DNA of 64,000 bases from Tepidisphaera sp. (GTDB lineage: Bacteria; Planctomycetota; Phycisphaerae; Phycisphaerales; UBA1924): positions 2,560,001 through 2,624,000 of the forward strand of contig CP051526.1 of assembly GCA_050916045.1 (NCBI GenBank), given 5' to 3'. Position 1 is the stretch's first letter, and every line of letters begins with the position of its first letter. The translations under genes and the position numbers were made by a program. Of this stretch, positions 48,100-57,668 are shown piece after piece. The notes beneath the pieces are model-generated. The model was not told the DNA's origin, did no database searches, and saw only the letters and a program-made list of their open reading frames with translations.

Positions 48100-48921
48100 G
48101 TGCCCGCCGCCGCCGACGACGCCATCTGCATCCGTCACTGGGACTGGTCCGAGACCAGCCAGACGGTGTCGCTGCTCACACGCGATCACGGCGTCCTCCG
48201 CGGCCTCGCCAAAGGCTCCAAACGCGAAAACGCCCGCTTCTCCGGCGGCATCGAGCTCCTCACCCGCGGCCAGATCCTCTTCATCGCCAAGCCCACCTCC
48301 GAGCTCGCCACCCTCACCGAGTGGGACCTCGCCGAGATCTTCCCCGGCCTCCGCCAGGTCCTCCGCCGCTTCTACGCCGCCATGTTCGTCGCCGACCTCC
48401 TCCAGCACTCCATCCGCGACCACGACCCGCATCCCAAAGCCTTCGACGCCACGCTTCTCTGCCTCCGCACCCTCGGCGCCGCCGACTCCGCCGCCACCAC
48501 CCCCAACACCAACGCGGATACCAACGCGGACATCAACGCGGACATCGACGAAGCCCTCGCCCGCTTCCAGTGGGCCCTCCTCACCGACACCGGCTACCGC
48601 CCCGAACTGAACAACGACGCCCGCTCGGGCATCCCCCTCGAGCCCCGCGACCGCTACCTCTTCGCCCCCCACCTCGGCGGCCTCCTCGCCGCCACGCCCG
48701 ACGCCTCCGTCCCCACCTGGCCCGTCCGAAGCGAGACCATCCGCTGCCTCCGTGAGCTCTCCGCCGACACGCCAGCCACCGCCCCGCAAAGTCCCGAAAC
48801 CTGGGAGCGGGCCGCCCGCCTCCTCGCCGCCTACTTCCGCGAGGTCCTCGGCCAGCCACTCGCTTCCATCCATCAGGTCTTCGCCGCCAGTTCCCTCCCC
48901 CGCGCCGCCCGATCCGGCTGA
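48100..48921 (+). CDS. recO: DNA repair protein RecO
   Basis: N-terminal OB fold DWSETSQTVSLLTRDHGVLRGLAKGSKR; GYRPEL. Confidence 0.85.
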   Translation: MPAAADDAICIRHWDWSETSQTVSLLTRDHGVLRGLAKGSKRENARFSGGIELLTRGQILFIAKPTSELATLTEWDLAEIFPGLRQVLRRFYAAMFVADLLQHSIRDHDPHPKAFDATLLCLRTLGAADSAATTPNTNADTNADINADIDEALARFQWALLTDTGYRPELNNDARSGIPLEPRDRYLFAPHLGGLLAATPDASVPTWPVRSETIRCLRELSADTPATAPQSPETWERAARLLAAYFREVLGQPLASIHQVFAASSLPRAARSG

Positions 48922-49025
48922 AGTAGCGCCCCCAACCGTCCGATGCTTTCCGAGAGCCGCGGACAGTTGGACCGCTGCGGCTCGCGGCGTACGCCGCGCT
49001 CGACAGGTCCGGAAAGACTCGGACG

Positions 49026-50474
49026 ATGAACAGCGAGATGCTGGAAGAGATCTTGGCGTGCCCGTCGCTCCCGACGCTGCCCGCGGTGGCCCTCAAGGTC
49101 ATCGAGCTCTGCTCCGACCAGAACGTCCGCTTCTCCGAACTCGCCAAGACCATCCAGAACGACCAGGGCCTCACCGTCAAGGTCCTCCGCACCGTCAACT
49201 CGTCCTTCTACAGCCTCCGCCAGCGCTGCGGCTCCATCGACAAAGCCCTCGTCATGCTCGGCCTCTCCCCCGTCAAAGCCCTCGTCCTGGGCTTCTCCCT
49301 CGTCTCCTCCATCGACTCCCGCAAGGACGACGGCTTCAACTACCAGGACTACTGGCGCCGCGGCCTCTTCACCGCCGTCGGCGGCAAATGCCTCGTCGAA
49401 GCCGCCGGCGCCAAGTACGGCGATGAGGTCTTCATCGCCGGCCTCCTCCAGGACATCGGCGTCATGGCTCTCTTCCGCGCCATGGGACGCGACTACGCCG
49501 CCGTCCTCGCGCAGACCCAGGGCGACCACCGCAAGCTCGTCAAAGCCGAGCTCACCGCCTTCGAGATCCAGCACCCCGACATCGGCGCCATGCTCGCCCA
49601 ACGCTGGAAGCTCCCCGACTCCCTCGTCATCCCCGTCAAATACCACGAGCGGCCCACCGCCGCTCCCGCACAGCACAACGAGATCGTCCACGGCGTCGGC
49701 TTGGGAAACCTCGTCCACGACGCCATCATGGACCCCGACTCCGACGCCCTCCGCAAGCTCTACGACAAAGCCGGACAGTGGCTCAACCTCACCACAGACA
49801 GAATCGACGCCGGACTCAAACGCGCGAAGGAAGCCACCCGCGAAATGGCCGACATGTTCAAGCTCGACATCGGTCTTGACGCCCTCGACGTCGCCCCCGA
49901 CACCGAAGCCCGCGCCGAAAAAGCCCTCGCCTCCGCCACCACCGCACCCGGCGACGGCCCCACGCCCTCCGTCGGCGTTGAGCTCATGCTCATCGACCCC
50001 ACCGACCTCGACCCCGCCACCGGCATCATGGGCCGCAAGGGCTTCGAATGGGCCCTCCGCCGCGCCTTCATGGTCTCCGCCGAACAGTCCGAGCCCGCAT
50101 CCCTCGTCCAGGTCATGATCGAGCCCGGCACCGCATTCGACGCCGTCCCCGAATTCGGCGCACGCCTCTGCACCCTCCTGAAGAAGCACTTCACCCCCAC
50201 CGGCGCCGCCATCTGCAAGCTCAGCGATCGCGTCTACTCCATCGTCGCCGTCATGGCTTCCGACCGCGAGATGGTCGCCCTCGCCGAAACTGTCCGTGCC
50301 TCCTTCGAAAAAGGCGACGCCAGGTGCTTCATGGGCGTCGTCCACTTCGGCGAAGGCGCTCCGCAGAAATTCACCGACCCCTCCGAGGTCGTCCGTGCCG
50401 CCATTGCCGCCGTCAACGCAGGACGCGCACCCGGCGGCAAAGGCCTCGCCATCGCCGGCACCAAAGCCGCCTGA
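49026..50474 (+). CDS. HDOD domain protein with degenerate GGDEF-like C-terminus
   Basis: Motifs LPTLP, DQGLTVKVLRTVNS, AGLLQDIG and WKLP..YHE; C-terminal DPATG..RKGF. Confidence 0.85.
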   Translation: MNSEMLEEILACPSLPTLPAVALKVIELCSDQNVRFSELAKTIQNDQGLTVKVLRTVNSSFYSLRQRCGSIDKALVMLGLSPVKALVLGFSLVSSIDSRKDDGFNYQDYWRRGLFTAVGGKCLVEAAGAKYGDEVFIAGLLQDIGVMALFRAMGRDYAAVLAQTQGDHRKLVKAELTAFEIQHPDIGAMLAQRWKLPDSLVIPVKYHERPTAAPAQHNEIVHGVGLGNLVHDAIMDPDSDALRKLYDKAGQWLNLTTDRIDAGLKRAKEATREMADMFKLDIGLDALDVAPDTEARAEKALASATTAPGDGPTPSVGVELMLIDPTDLDPATGIMGRKGFEWALRRAFMVSAEQSEPASLVQVMIEPGTAFDAVPEFGARLCTLLKKHFTPTGAAICKLSDRVYSIVAVMASDREMVALAETVRASFEKGDARCFMGVVHFGEGAPQKFTDPSEVVRAAIAAVNAGRAPGGKGLAIAGTKAA

Positions 50475-50489
50475 ACGCCGCCGCTCCGG

Positions 50490-52226
50490 CTACGCCGGAA
50501 TGATCTCTCGCTTGCGAAGCTGCGCGATCACCTCGCGCTGCATCACATCCGCCGTGGCAAGCTCCTCCACCACCACGTGGTCCGCCCCAAGCTGCGTCGC
50601 CTGGAACATCCCCGACAAGAACGCCGTCCGCACCGCGATGAACGCCGTCGGATTCAGCTGCCGCACCTGACGGCACGCCCGAAGCGAAGTCTCCTCGTCC
50701 GGCACCGTCAGGATCACCGCCGCCGCGTGCGACACCCCCGCAGACTCAAGCACCTCCGCGTTCGTCACGTCCCCGAACACCATCCGACGCTTGCCGATCC
50801 GCGACTGACGCTCGATCGTGTGCGCGTTGAGCTCGATGATCGCAATCGACACCCCCGCCACCTCCAGCCGGTCCGCCACCGCACGCCCCACCGGACCAAA
50901 CCCCGCGATCACCACCTTGGCGTCCCCGCCCTCACCCTCCGCTCCCGCCTCGGGCTCGCGTAGCGCGCTCGTCCGGATCCACCACGCGAACGGAAGCTTC
51001 GCCAGCCGATGCGCCAACTTGTTCGCCGGTCCCACCAGCATCGGCGAGACAATCAGCGAAGCCACCACCACCGCGATCGTCAGCCCCGACTGATCATTCG
51101 TCAGAATCCCCAGCGCCACCGCCGTCTTGATCACCACCAGCGCAAACTCCCCCGCATTCCCCAGATAAATCGACGTCAGCAACGCCGACCGCGGCGAAAG
51201 CCCAAGCGCCCACCCCGTCAATCCGATGCTGAACACCTTCGCCGCCAGAAGCCCGACACACCCCAGCGCCACCACCGGCCACGCCCGCGCCAACACCTCC
51301 GGATCAACATTCAAGCCCACCGCCGTGAAAAACACCGCCATCAGGATGTCACGCACCGGCGCGAACTGCCCGACCAACTGATGCCGAAACGGCGTCGCCG
51401 CAAGCAGAAACCCCGCCAGAAACGACCCCATCTCCGCAGAAAAGCCCAGGAAGCTCGTCCCGATCGCCGCCGCCAACGCCACCGCCCCCGAAAACACAAG
51501 CATCAGCTCCGTCGATCCCGTCCTCGAGATCCACTTCAGCATCACCGGCAAAAGCAGCCGCGCCACCAGCATCAACGCCAGAATCCCCCCAACGCCCACA
51601 CCGGCTCGCGCAATCACCTCCGCCCACGCCGGAAGCGACTGAAGCCACTCCGCCTCAAGCACCGACGACCGCTCACCCTCGCCCGTCACCCGCCCCGGTG
51701 CCAGAAACGGAAGCACCGCCAGCATCACCACCGACGCCAGATCCTGAACGATCGACACGCCAAGCCCCACCCGAAAGTGCACCGACCGCGTCTCCCGACG
51801 CGCTCCCGCCACCCGAACCAACACCGCCGTCGACGAAAGCGACACCGCCATCGCGATCGCAAGCGAAGCCCCCGGACTCAGACCCCCCGCGATCAAAATC
51901 GGAAACGCGATCGCCGTCATCGCCGCCGTCGACGCCACGCCGATCCCCAGAATGTTCGCCATCCCCTTCCCAAGCGACCGCGTGTCAAGCTGAAGCCCAA
52001 TCGAGAACAAAAGCAGCACCACCGCCAGGTTCGAGATCTGCTCCACGCTCTCCGACGTCCCCACCCACCCAAACGCATGCGGACCCACCAGCGCACCCGC
52101 CACCAGGTACCCCGGAATCGCTTCAAGCTTCAGCCGCGCAAAAATCGTCGCCACCACCGACGCCACCAACAGAATCAGCATCAAGTCGATCGCGACCCCA
52201 CTCTGTCCCGAAGCCATAACAAGCAT
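50490..52226 (-). CDS. Kef-type cation:proton antiporter (CPA2) with TrkA-N domain
   Basis: About 12 TMs; LLFSIGL, SLSSTA, FFTAVG, GEFA; C-terminal IAGFGPVG. Confidence 0.9.
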   Translation of the reverse strand: MLVMASGQSGVAIDLMLILLVASVVATIFARLKLEAIPGYLVAGALVGPHAFGWVGTSESVEQISNLAVVLLLFSIGLQLDTRSLGKGMANILGIGVASTAAMTAIAFPILIAGGLSPGASLAIAMAVSLSSTAVLVRVAGARRETRSVHFRVGLGVSIVQDLASVVMLAVLPFLAPGRVTGEGERSSVLEAEWLQSLPAWAEVIARAGVGVGGILALMLVARLLLPVMLKWISRTGSTELMLVFSGAVALAAAIGTSFLGFSAEMGSFLAGFLLAATPFRHQLVGQFAPVRDILMAVFFTAVGLNVDPEVLARAWPVVALGCVGLLAAKVFSIGLTGWALGLSPRSALLTSIYLGNAGEFALVVIKTAVALGILTNDQSGLTIAVVVASLIVSPMLVGPANKLAHRLAKLPFAWWIRTSALREPEAGAEGEGGDAKVVIAGFGPVGRAVADRLEVAGVSIAIIELNAHTIERQSRIGKRRMVFGDVTNAEVLESAGVSHAAAVILTVPDEETSLRACRQVRQLNPTAFIAVRTAFLSGMFQATQLGADHVVVEELATADVMQREVIAQLRKREIIPA

Positions 52227-52276
52227 CGCCCATGATAGCTTGCCGCTTCAGTGGGACAGACCTCCGGTGAGCATCC

Positions 52277-54277
52277 TCACCCCTTCCGACCCCGCTCCAC
52301 CAGCACCGACAAAAGCGTCAGGTCCGCCGGCGTCATTCCCTCAAGCCTCGAAGCCTGCCCGAACGTCCGCGGCTTGAACCGCGCCAAAGCCTGCCGCGCC
52401 TCCGTCCGCATCGTCACAAACCCCCCGAAATCCACCCCCGCCGGAATCGCCCGGTGCTCAAGCTCCGCCGCCCGCTTGATCTCCGCCCGCGCCTTCTCCA
52501 CATACGGCTCATACTTCCAGTCCGCGTACACCGTCTCAAAAACACCACGCCCCGCAGCCGCAAGCTCCGGATGATTCGCCGCGACCCACGCCCGCAGGTC
52601 CGTCATCTCATACTGCGACAACCTCAGCATCCGCGCCATCGGCATCCCGCCGTCCCGCCCGCGCCGGATCGCTTCATTGATCGCCTGCGAGTACGCCCGC
52701 CGCCGCTCAAAAGCCCGCTTCCGCACCCCGCCGACCTCCCCGCGAAGAAGCCCAAGCTCTTCCGCTTTCCCCGTCAGCCGGTCCGGCGCATTGTCCCCCC
52801 GCAGCAGCAGCCGATACTCCGCCCGGCTCGTGAACATCCGATACGGCTCTACCGGCGTCTTCGTGATGAGGTCATCCATCATCACCCCCAGGTACCCCTC
52901 CTCCCGCCCGAACACCACCTCGCCCTCCCCGCGCACATACCTCGCCGCATTCAAGCCCGCGATCAGCCCCTGCGCCGCCGCTTCCTCGTACCCGCTCGTC
53001 CCGTTGATCTGCCCCGCCAGAAACAGCCCCTCCACCGCTTTCGTCATCCCCGTCGCCAGGATCTGGTGCGGCCGCACCATGTCATACTCCACCGCGTACC
53101 CGTACCGATAGATCTCCGCCCGCTCACACCCCGGCATCGACCGCACGATCGCGTCCTGCACATCCGCCGGCAAGCTCGTCGAGATCCCGTTGCAGTAGAT
53201 CCAGTCATCACGCAAGCTCTCCGGCTCGAGAAACACCCCGTGCGTCTCCCGCTCCGCGAACCGCACCACCTTGTCCTCGATCGACGGGCAATACCGCGGC
53301 CCCACGCTCTCGATCTGCCCCGAATACATCGGCGCCCGGTGCAGATTCGCCCGGATCACCGCCGCCGCTTCCGGCGTGGTCTGCGTCTGCCGGCAATCCA
53401 CCTGCGTGAGACACGGAAACCGCTCCGCGCTCGCCAATCCTCGCGTTTCCGAAAGAGACGATCGCGCGAGCGATCGCTCGCTCCCCTCTCGCGACGACTC
53501 CCCCACCTCGCAGCTCAATTCCGAAAACGGCACCGGCAGCGCATCCCCCGGCGCCGGCTTAAGCTCATCCCACCGGATCGACCCCTTCTTCAGCCGCGGC
53601 GGCGTCCCGGTCTTCAGCCTTCCAAGCTCAAACCCAAGCTCCTTCAGCGCCCCCGAAATCCCCACCGCCGCCGCTTCCCCGTGCCGCCCGCCCTCCGTCT
53701 TGCTCTCCCCCGTGTGCATCAACCCGCGCATGAACGTGCCCGTCGTCAGCACCACCGCCCTCGCGACAAGCGTGAACACCTCGCCCGCGCACGCCACCAC
53801 CACGCCCCGCACCTTTCCCCCCTCGACGATCAGCTTCTCCACCGTCCCCGCCACGACCTCGATCTCCGGCCGCATCGCGATCAGCCTCTGCACCTCTTCC
53901 GCGTACGCGTGCTTGTCGCACTGCGCCCGTGGCCCGAACACCGCCGGCCCCTTGCTCGAATTCAGCCGCTTGAACTGAATCCCCGTCGCATCAGTCGCAA
54001 GCCCCATCAGCCCGTTCAGTGCATCCACCTCCCGAACCAGCTGCCCCTTCGCAAGCCCCCCGATCGCCGGATTGCACGACATCACCCCGATCTTCGTCGG
54101 ATCAATCGTCACCAGCGCGACAGCCCCCGCACCGCCGCCGTCCGCCCGACTCTCAGTAGCCCCACGCTGCGAACCGGCTTGCTCCGCGAACACATTCGCG
54201 CAAGCCCACGCCGCTTCCACCCCGGCATGACCGCCGCCAATCACCACAACCTCGAATCGCCGTTCTTTCACGCTCAA
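52277..54277 (-). CDS. mnmG: tRNA uridine-5-carboxymethylaminomethyl(34) synthesis enzyme MnmG (GidA)
   Basis: Motifs GGGHAG, MSCNPAIGG, RLKTGTPPR, GPRYCPSIEDK, AGQINGTSGYEEAAAQG and YRMFTSRAE. Confidence 0.96.
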   Translation of the reverse strand: MSVKERRFEVVVIGGGHAGVEAAWACANVFAEQAGSQRGATESRADGGGAGAVALVTIDPTKIGVMSCNPAIGGLAKGQLVREVDALNGLMGLATDATGIQFKRLNSSKGPAVFGPRAQCDKHAYAEEVQRLIAMRPEIEVVAGTVEKLIVEGGKVRGVVVACAGEVFTLVARAVVLTTGTFMRGLMHTGESKTEGGRHGEAAAVGISGALKELGFELGRLKTGTPPRLKKGSIRWDELKPAPGDALPVPFSELSCEVGESSREGSERSLARSSLSETRGLASAERFPCLTQVDCRQTQTTPEAAAVIRANLHRAPMYSGQIESVGPRYCPSIEDKVVRFAERETHGVFLEPESLRDDWIYCNGISTSLPADVQDAIVRSMPGCERAEIYRYGYAVEYDMVRPHQILATGMTKAVEGLFLAGQINGTSGYEEAAAQGLIAGLNAARYVRGEGEVVFGREEGYLGVMMDDLITKTPVEPYRMFTSRAEYRLLLRGDNAPDRLTGKAEELGLLRGEVGGVRKRAFERRRAYSQAINEAIRRGRDGGMPMARMLRLSQYEMTDLRAWVAANHPELAAAGRGVFETVYADWKYEPYVEKARAEIKRAAELEHRAIPAGVDFGGFVTMRTEARQALARFKPRTFGQASRLEGMTPADLTLLSVLVERGRKG

Positions 54278-54279
54278 TC

Positions 54280-55101
54280 CTACGAACCCTCCCGCGCCCG
54301 CTCCTGCGCTACCGCCAACTCAATCCGCGTCGCCTCCGCCACCCGCGCCATCTCGCTCTCCAGCGCGATCAACGCCAGCATCAGCAAAAGCGTGTACAGC
54401 ACCCCGCCCGCAAGCCCGTCCCGCAACGTCAGCCAAAGCACCAGTACGCCCAGCCCGCCGAAAATGATGAACACATTCCGCCGAAACCGCCTGTAACCCG
54501 CCTTCGACTCCCAACCCCATCCCGCCGCGCGACGCTCCAACCCCTCAAGCACCCGTGACATCGCCACCAAATACGTCACGCCCACCCCGGCCGCGCTCCA
54601 GAACACGATCAATTCCACAATCTCGCTCGCTCTCGAGCGATCCACAAACCACGCGACCACCCAATACCCCGGGATCAACATCAACCCGGGACCGCACCAC
54701 CGCACCCAGCCCCGCGCCCCCGCCGTCGGCGCATGCCCGCTCACCGGCACACGTCCAAGCATCCACGCGCCCGCGCCCTGGACCGCGAAACTCGCGATCA
54801 ACACCACCCCCAGCACCGCCATGATGATCCCCGCAGGCCGATCCGCGAAACCGAACACCATCGGCGCAAGCAGCATCCCCGCCGACGTCGCCGCCATCCC
54901 CCGCGCACTCCACTTCAGCATCCATACCGCGCGAACATTCCGCGCAAGCCACTCCCGATCCGCGAACCGAAGCGAGCAGATCGGATTCACGCTCGACTGA
55001 ATCGATGCCGCACACTCCGGACACACCCCGCTCGCCGCAAGCCCGCGAAGCTCATACCCGCACACATCGCACCGCACCCCCGCTCCAACGACTTCGCTCA
55101 T
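54280..55101 (-). CDS. Hypothetical multi-TM protein with N-terminal zinc ribbon
   Basis: CDVCGYELRGL..CPEC followed by about 6 TMs. Confidence 0.72.
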   Translation of the reverse strand: MSEVVGAGVRCDVCGYELRGLAASGVCPECAASIQSSVNPICSLRFADREWLARNVRAVWMLKWSARGMAATSAGMLLAPMVFGFADRPAGIIMAVLGVVLIASFAVQGAGAWMLGRVPVSGHAPTAGARGWVRWCGPGLMLIPGYWVVAWFVDRSRASEIVELIVFWSAAGVGVTYLVAMSRVLEGLERRAAGWGWESKAGYRRFRRNVFIIFGGLGVLVLWLTLRDGLAGGVLYTLLLMLALIALESEMARVAEATRIELAVAQERAREGS

Positions 55102-55125
55102 TCATCACCCCCTCCCCCACCACCC

Positions 55126-56121
55126 TCACGGCCACCCCGCCCCGCTCCGCAAGCCCTTCGGCCCGCTCCCCGCCAAGCGAATCGCCTCCATCCCCGCCGG
55201 CGACAGATCCTCCGGCTTCGGCGTCACGATCTGCGGCACCACATACAAGTCCCCCGCCGTCCCCGCCGCCGGCTTGATCCCAAGCCCCCTCAGCCGCATC
55301 TTCTTCCCGCTCGCCGTCCCCGCCGGGATCTTCATCTCCACGCTCCCCTCAAGCGTCGGCACGTTCACCGCCGCTCCAAGCGTCGCTTCCGCCACCGTCA
55401 GCGGCACGTCAATCGCAAGATCAAGCGACGACTCCCCACCCTCCCGCCGAAACAGCGGATGCGCATCCACAAGCACCCGAATATGCAGATCCGTCGGGTC
55501 CCCATCCTCATCCATCGGCCCAAGCCCGCGAAGCCGCATCGTCGTCCCGCTCGGAATCCCCGCCGGGATCTTCACATCCACCGCCCGCGATGACCCGTGC
55601 GATGAGATCTTCAGCGACTCCGTCCCGCCCCGCGCCGCTTTCATGAAGTCCACTCGGATGTCGTGCACCGCCGGCGTCTCCGGCTCCTCCCGACGCGTCC
55701 GCTTCGAGCTCGCCCGCCGCCCCGACGTCCGCCCGCTCCCGCCCATGCCCCCGCCCCCGCCGAAAAACGTGTCGAACATCGACCCAAGGTCATCCGGGTC
55801 AAAGTGCTGCCCGCCCACGTTCACCCGGCCGCTCTGCCCGGGCCACCCATACGGCGTCCCGCCGCCCCGTCCCGCCGATGCCGCCTGCTCCGCGCCCGCC
55901 CCGCTCAGCCCCGCTTCGCCGAACTGGTCGTACACCTTCCGCTTCTTCTCATCCGAAAGCACGTCGTACGCGTTCTGCACCTCCGTGAACTTCTTCTGCG
56001 CATCCGCAGCTTTGTTCACGTCCGGATGAAGCTTCCGCGCAAGGCCCCGATACGCCTTCTTGATCTCATCCGCCGAGGCGCCCTTCGACACCCCAAGCAC
56101 TTCGTAGTAGTCGCGTCCCAT
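55126..56121 (-). CDS. DnaJ class B chaperone (CbpA-like)
   Basis: J domain ([11 protein letters not shown]), G/F-rich linker and C-terminal domain; no zinc finger. Confidence 0.92.
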   Translation of the reverse strand: MGRDYYEVLGVSKGASADEIKKAYRGLARKLHPDVNKAADAQKKFTEVQNAYDVLSDEKKRKVYDQFGEAGLSGAGAEQAASAGRGGGTPYGWPGQSGRVNVGGQHFDPDDLGSMFDTFFGGGGGMGGSGRTSGRRASSKRTRREEPETPAVHDIRVDFMKAARGGTESLKISSHGSSRAVDVKIPAGIPSGTTMRLRGLGPMDEDGDPTDLHIRVLVDAHPLFRREGGESSLDLAIDVPLTVAEATLGAAVNVPTLEGSVEMKIPAGTASGKKMRLRGLGIKPAAGTAGDLYVVPQIVTPKPEDLSPAGMEAIRLAGSGPKGLRSGAGWP

Positions 56122-56173
56122 CGTGCGCAAGCGTACGCCCCCACACCCGCCCTTCCCGCCACCAAAACGACAA

Positions 56174-56199
56174 CGCCCGCGGGAGATCTCCCGCGGGCG
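56174..56199 (-). terminator. Terminator-like perfect palindrome after the FKBP gene
   Basis: CGCCCGCGGGAGATCTCCCGCGGGCG followed on the minus strand by TTGTCGTTTT. Confidence 0.65.
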
Positions 56200-56241
56200 C
56201 TGCGTTGTTCATCTCACGCCGGTTCTCCACCGGCGATCGGC

Positions 56242-57573
56242 TTACTTCGGATCAGCCTTCTTCTCGGCCTCGGCCGGCTTGGCTTCCGGCTGCTTGGTAT
56301 CGGGACCCGCGGGGGCCGCCGGCTGCGCGACCGGAGCGGCTTCCACGTTCACGACCTCCACCTCGAAGATCACGTCCGCGTTCGGCGGCACCATCGGCGA
56401 ACGCCCACGCTCGCCCCACGCCATCGCCGGCGGGATGAAGAGCCGCAGATTCGCGCCCTTCGCGTAACCCTTCAAAGCGTTCGTCCACCCGCGGATCATC
56501 TGCCCCTGGTTGAACACCAGCGGCTGCTTGTTCCGCGAGGAATCCACGAACTTCATGTTCTTGCCGACCCAGCCCGTGTAGTTCGCCGCGATCCGCTCGG
56601 TCGAGTCGATCTTCAGACCGTCGCCCTTCGAATACTCGATCACGATCAGGCCTTCCTCAAGCGTCCGGACCGTCGCCGCCGGGGTCGCCGAACGAGCCCA
56701 CGTCGCCGCGCCTTCCTTGTCGCCCCAGACGACCTTCCCGTTCGCGTCAAACCCGCGATCCTGAGTCGTCGCCGAGTCCTTCGTGATCGTCAGCTCGCTC
56801 GTCATCTCGACCGCCCCGCCCACCGCCGTCGGGTACGGATACGGCGTCTTGCCCTTGATCCCGTTGGAATCAACCGTCAGTTCAAGGTCAAGCGTCCCCA
56901 CCAGCCAGTCGCGGTTCAGGTCCGACGGGAACCACTGAGGAATGAACGACATCCCCGCCAGCGCCTTCACCGCCGTGTCCGTCCCGTCCTGCCCGCGGTG
57001 AAGCTCGTACGTCCGCAGACGGATCTTCCCCTGGTGCTTGTAAAGCTGATAGATCGCCGTCCGGAACGGAGCGTGCACGCTGTCCGCCCGCGCGATCTCC
57101 GAGAACATCGCGTTCTCAACGCCGTTGATCGCCACCGGCGCGATGCTCATCACCAGAGCCGTCGAGCCCGACCCGTCGCCCAGCGGCACGTCCTTGGTCG
57201 TCTTCCACGTCCCCGCGATCATCTGACCGGCCTTCTCGAGGTCCGCATCGGTCCACTTGGCAACCGAAGCCGTCCGCGCCGGAGGGGGCGGCGGAGGAGG
57301 CGTCGCGGGCTGACCGCCCGTCACCGACTTGATCGGCGGAACGCCGCCCGGGTTCGTACCCGGAGGCGTCGCCGAACCGGGCTGGCCCGCTCCAGGCTGA
57401 CCCGCGCCAGGCTGACCACCACCGGGCTGACCAGCAGCCGGCTTGGCCGCGCCCGGGGCGCCAGGAGTGGAACCCGACCCCGGCTGCGCCCAAGCGGGCA
57501 CGATCGCCGCCATCAGGGCAAGCCCGCAGGCCGCGCACATTGCTTTCATCGAAGTGTTTTTCATCGCTTTCAT
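56242..57573 (-). CDS. Exported protein: CpcT/CpeT-like domain fused to an FKBP-type peptidyl-prolyl isomerase
   Basis: Signal peptide and QPGxG linker; TSELTI..DRGFDANGKVVWG; FKBP motifs YTGW, DSS, MIRGW, IPPAMAWG and VPPNADVIFEVE. Confidence 0.8.
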   Translation of the reverse strand: MKAMKNTSMKAMCAACGLALMAAIVPAWAQPGSGSTPGAPGAAKPAAGQPGGGQPGAGQPGAGQPGSATPPGTNPGGVPPIKSVTGGQPATPPPPPPPARTASVAKWTDADLEKAGQMIAGTWKTTKDVPLGDGSGSTALVMSIAPVAINGVENAMFSEIARADSVHAPFRTAIYQLYKHQGKIRLRTYELHRGQDGTDTAVKALAGMSFIPQWFPSDLNRDWLVGTLDLELTVDSNGIKGKTPYPYPTAVGGAVEMTSELTITKDSATTQDRGFDANGKVVWGDKEGAATWARSATPAATVRTLEEGLIVIEYSKGDGLKIDSTERIAANYTGWVGKNMKFVDSSRNKQPLVFNQGQMIRGWTNALKGYAKGANLRLFIPPAMAWGERGRSPMVPPNADVIFEVEVVNVEAAPVAQPAAPAGPDTKQPEAKPAEAEKKADPK

Positions 57574-57668
57574 AGTTTGAATCGTCCTTCTGAGATCAGA
57601 CTCGTTGCGACCCGGGATGGCGGCTTTCCCCGCCCGAGACTCCCGACGTCCAGACCTCCGACACGTCC

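Noticed and set aside
48511..48546. 12-bp x3 repeat in recO (NADT-NADI-NADI)
   Set aside because: In-frame micro-duplication in a variable loop with no sign of a wider system
49003..49022. SRP RNA-like CAGGTCCGGAAAGA
   Set aside because: Lacks the following AGCAG and an enclosing helix
57370..57435. QPG(A/G)G pentapeptide repeats in the FKBP fusion gene
   Set aside because: Ordinary low-complexity linker
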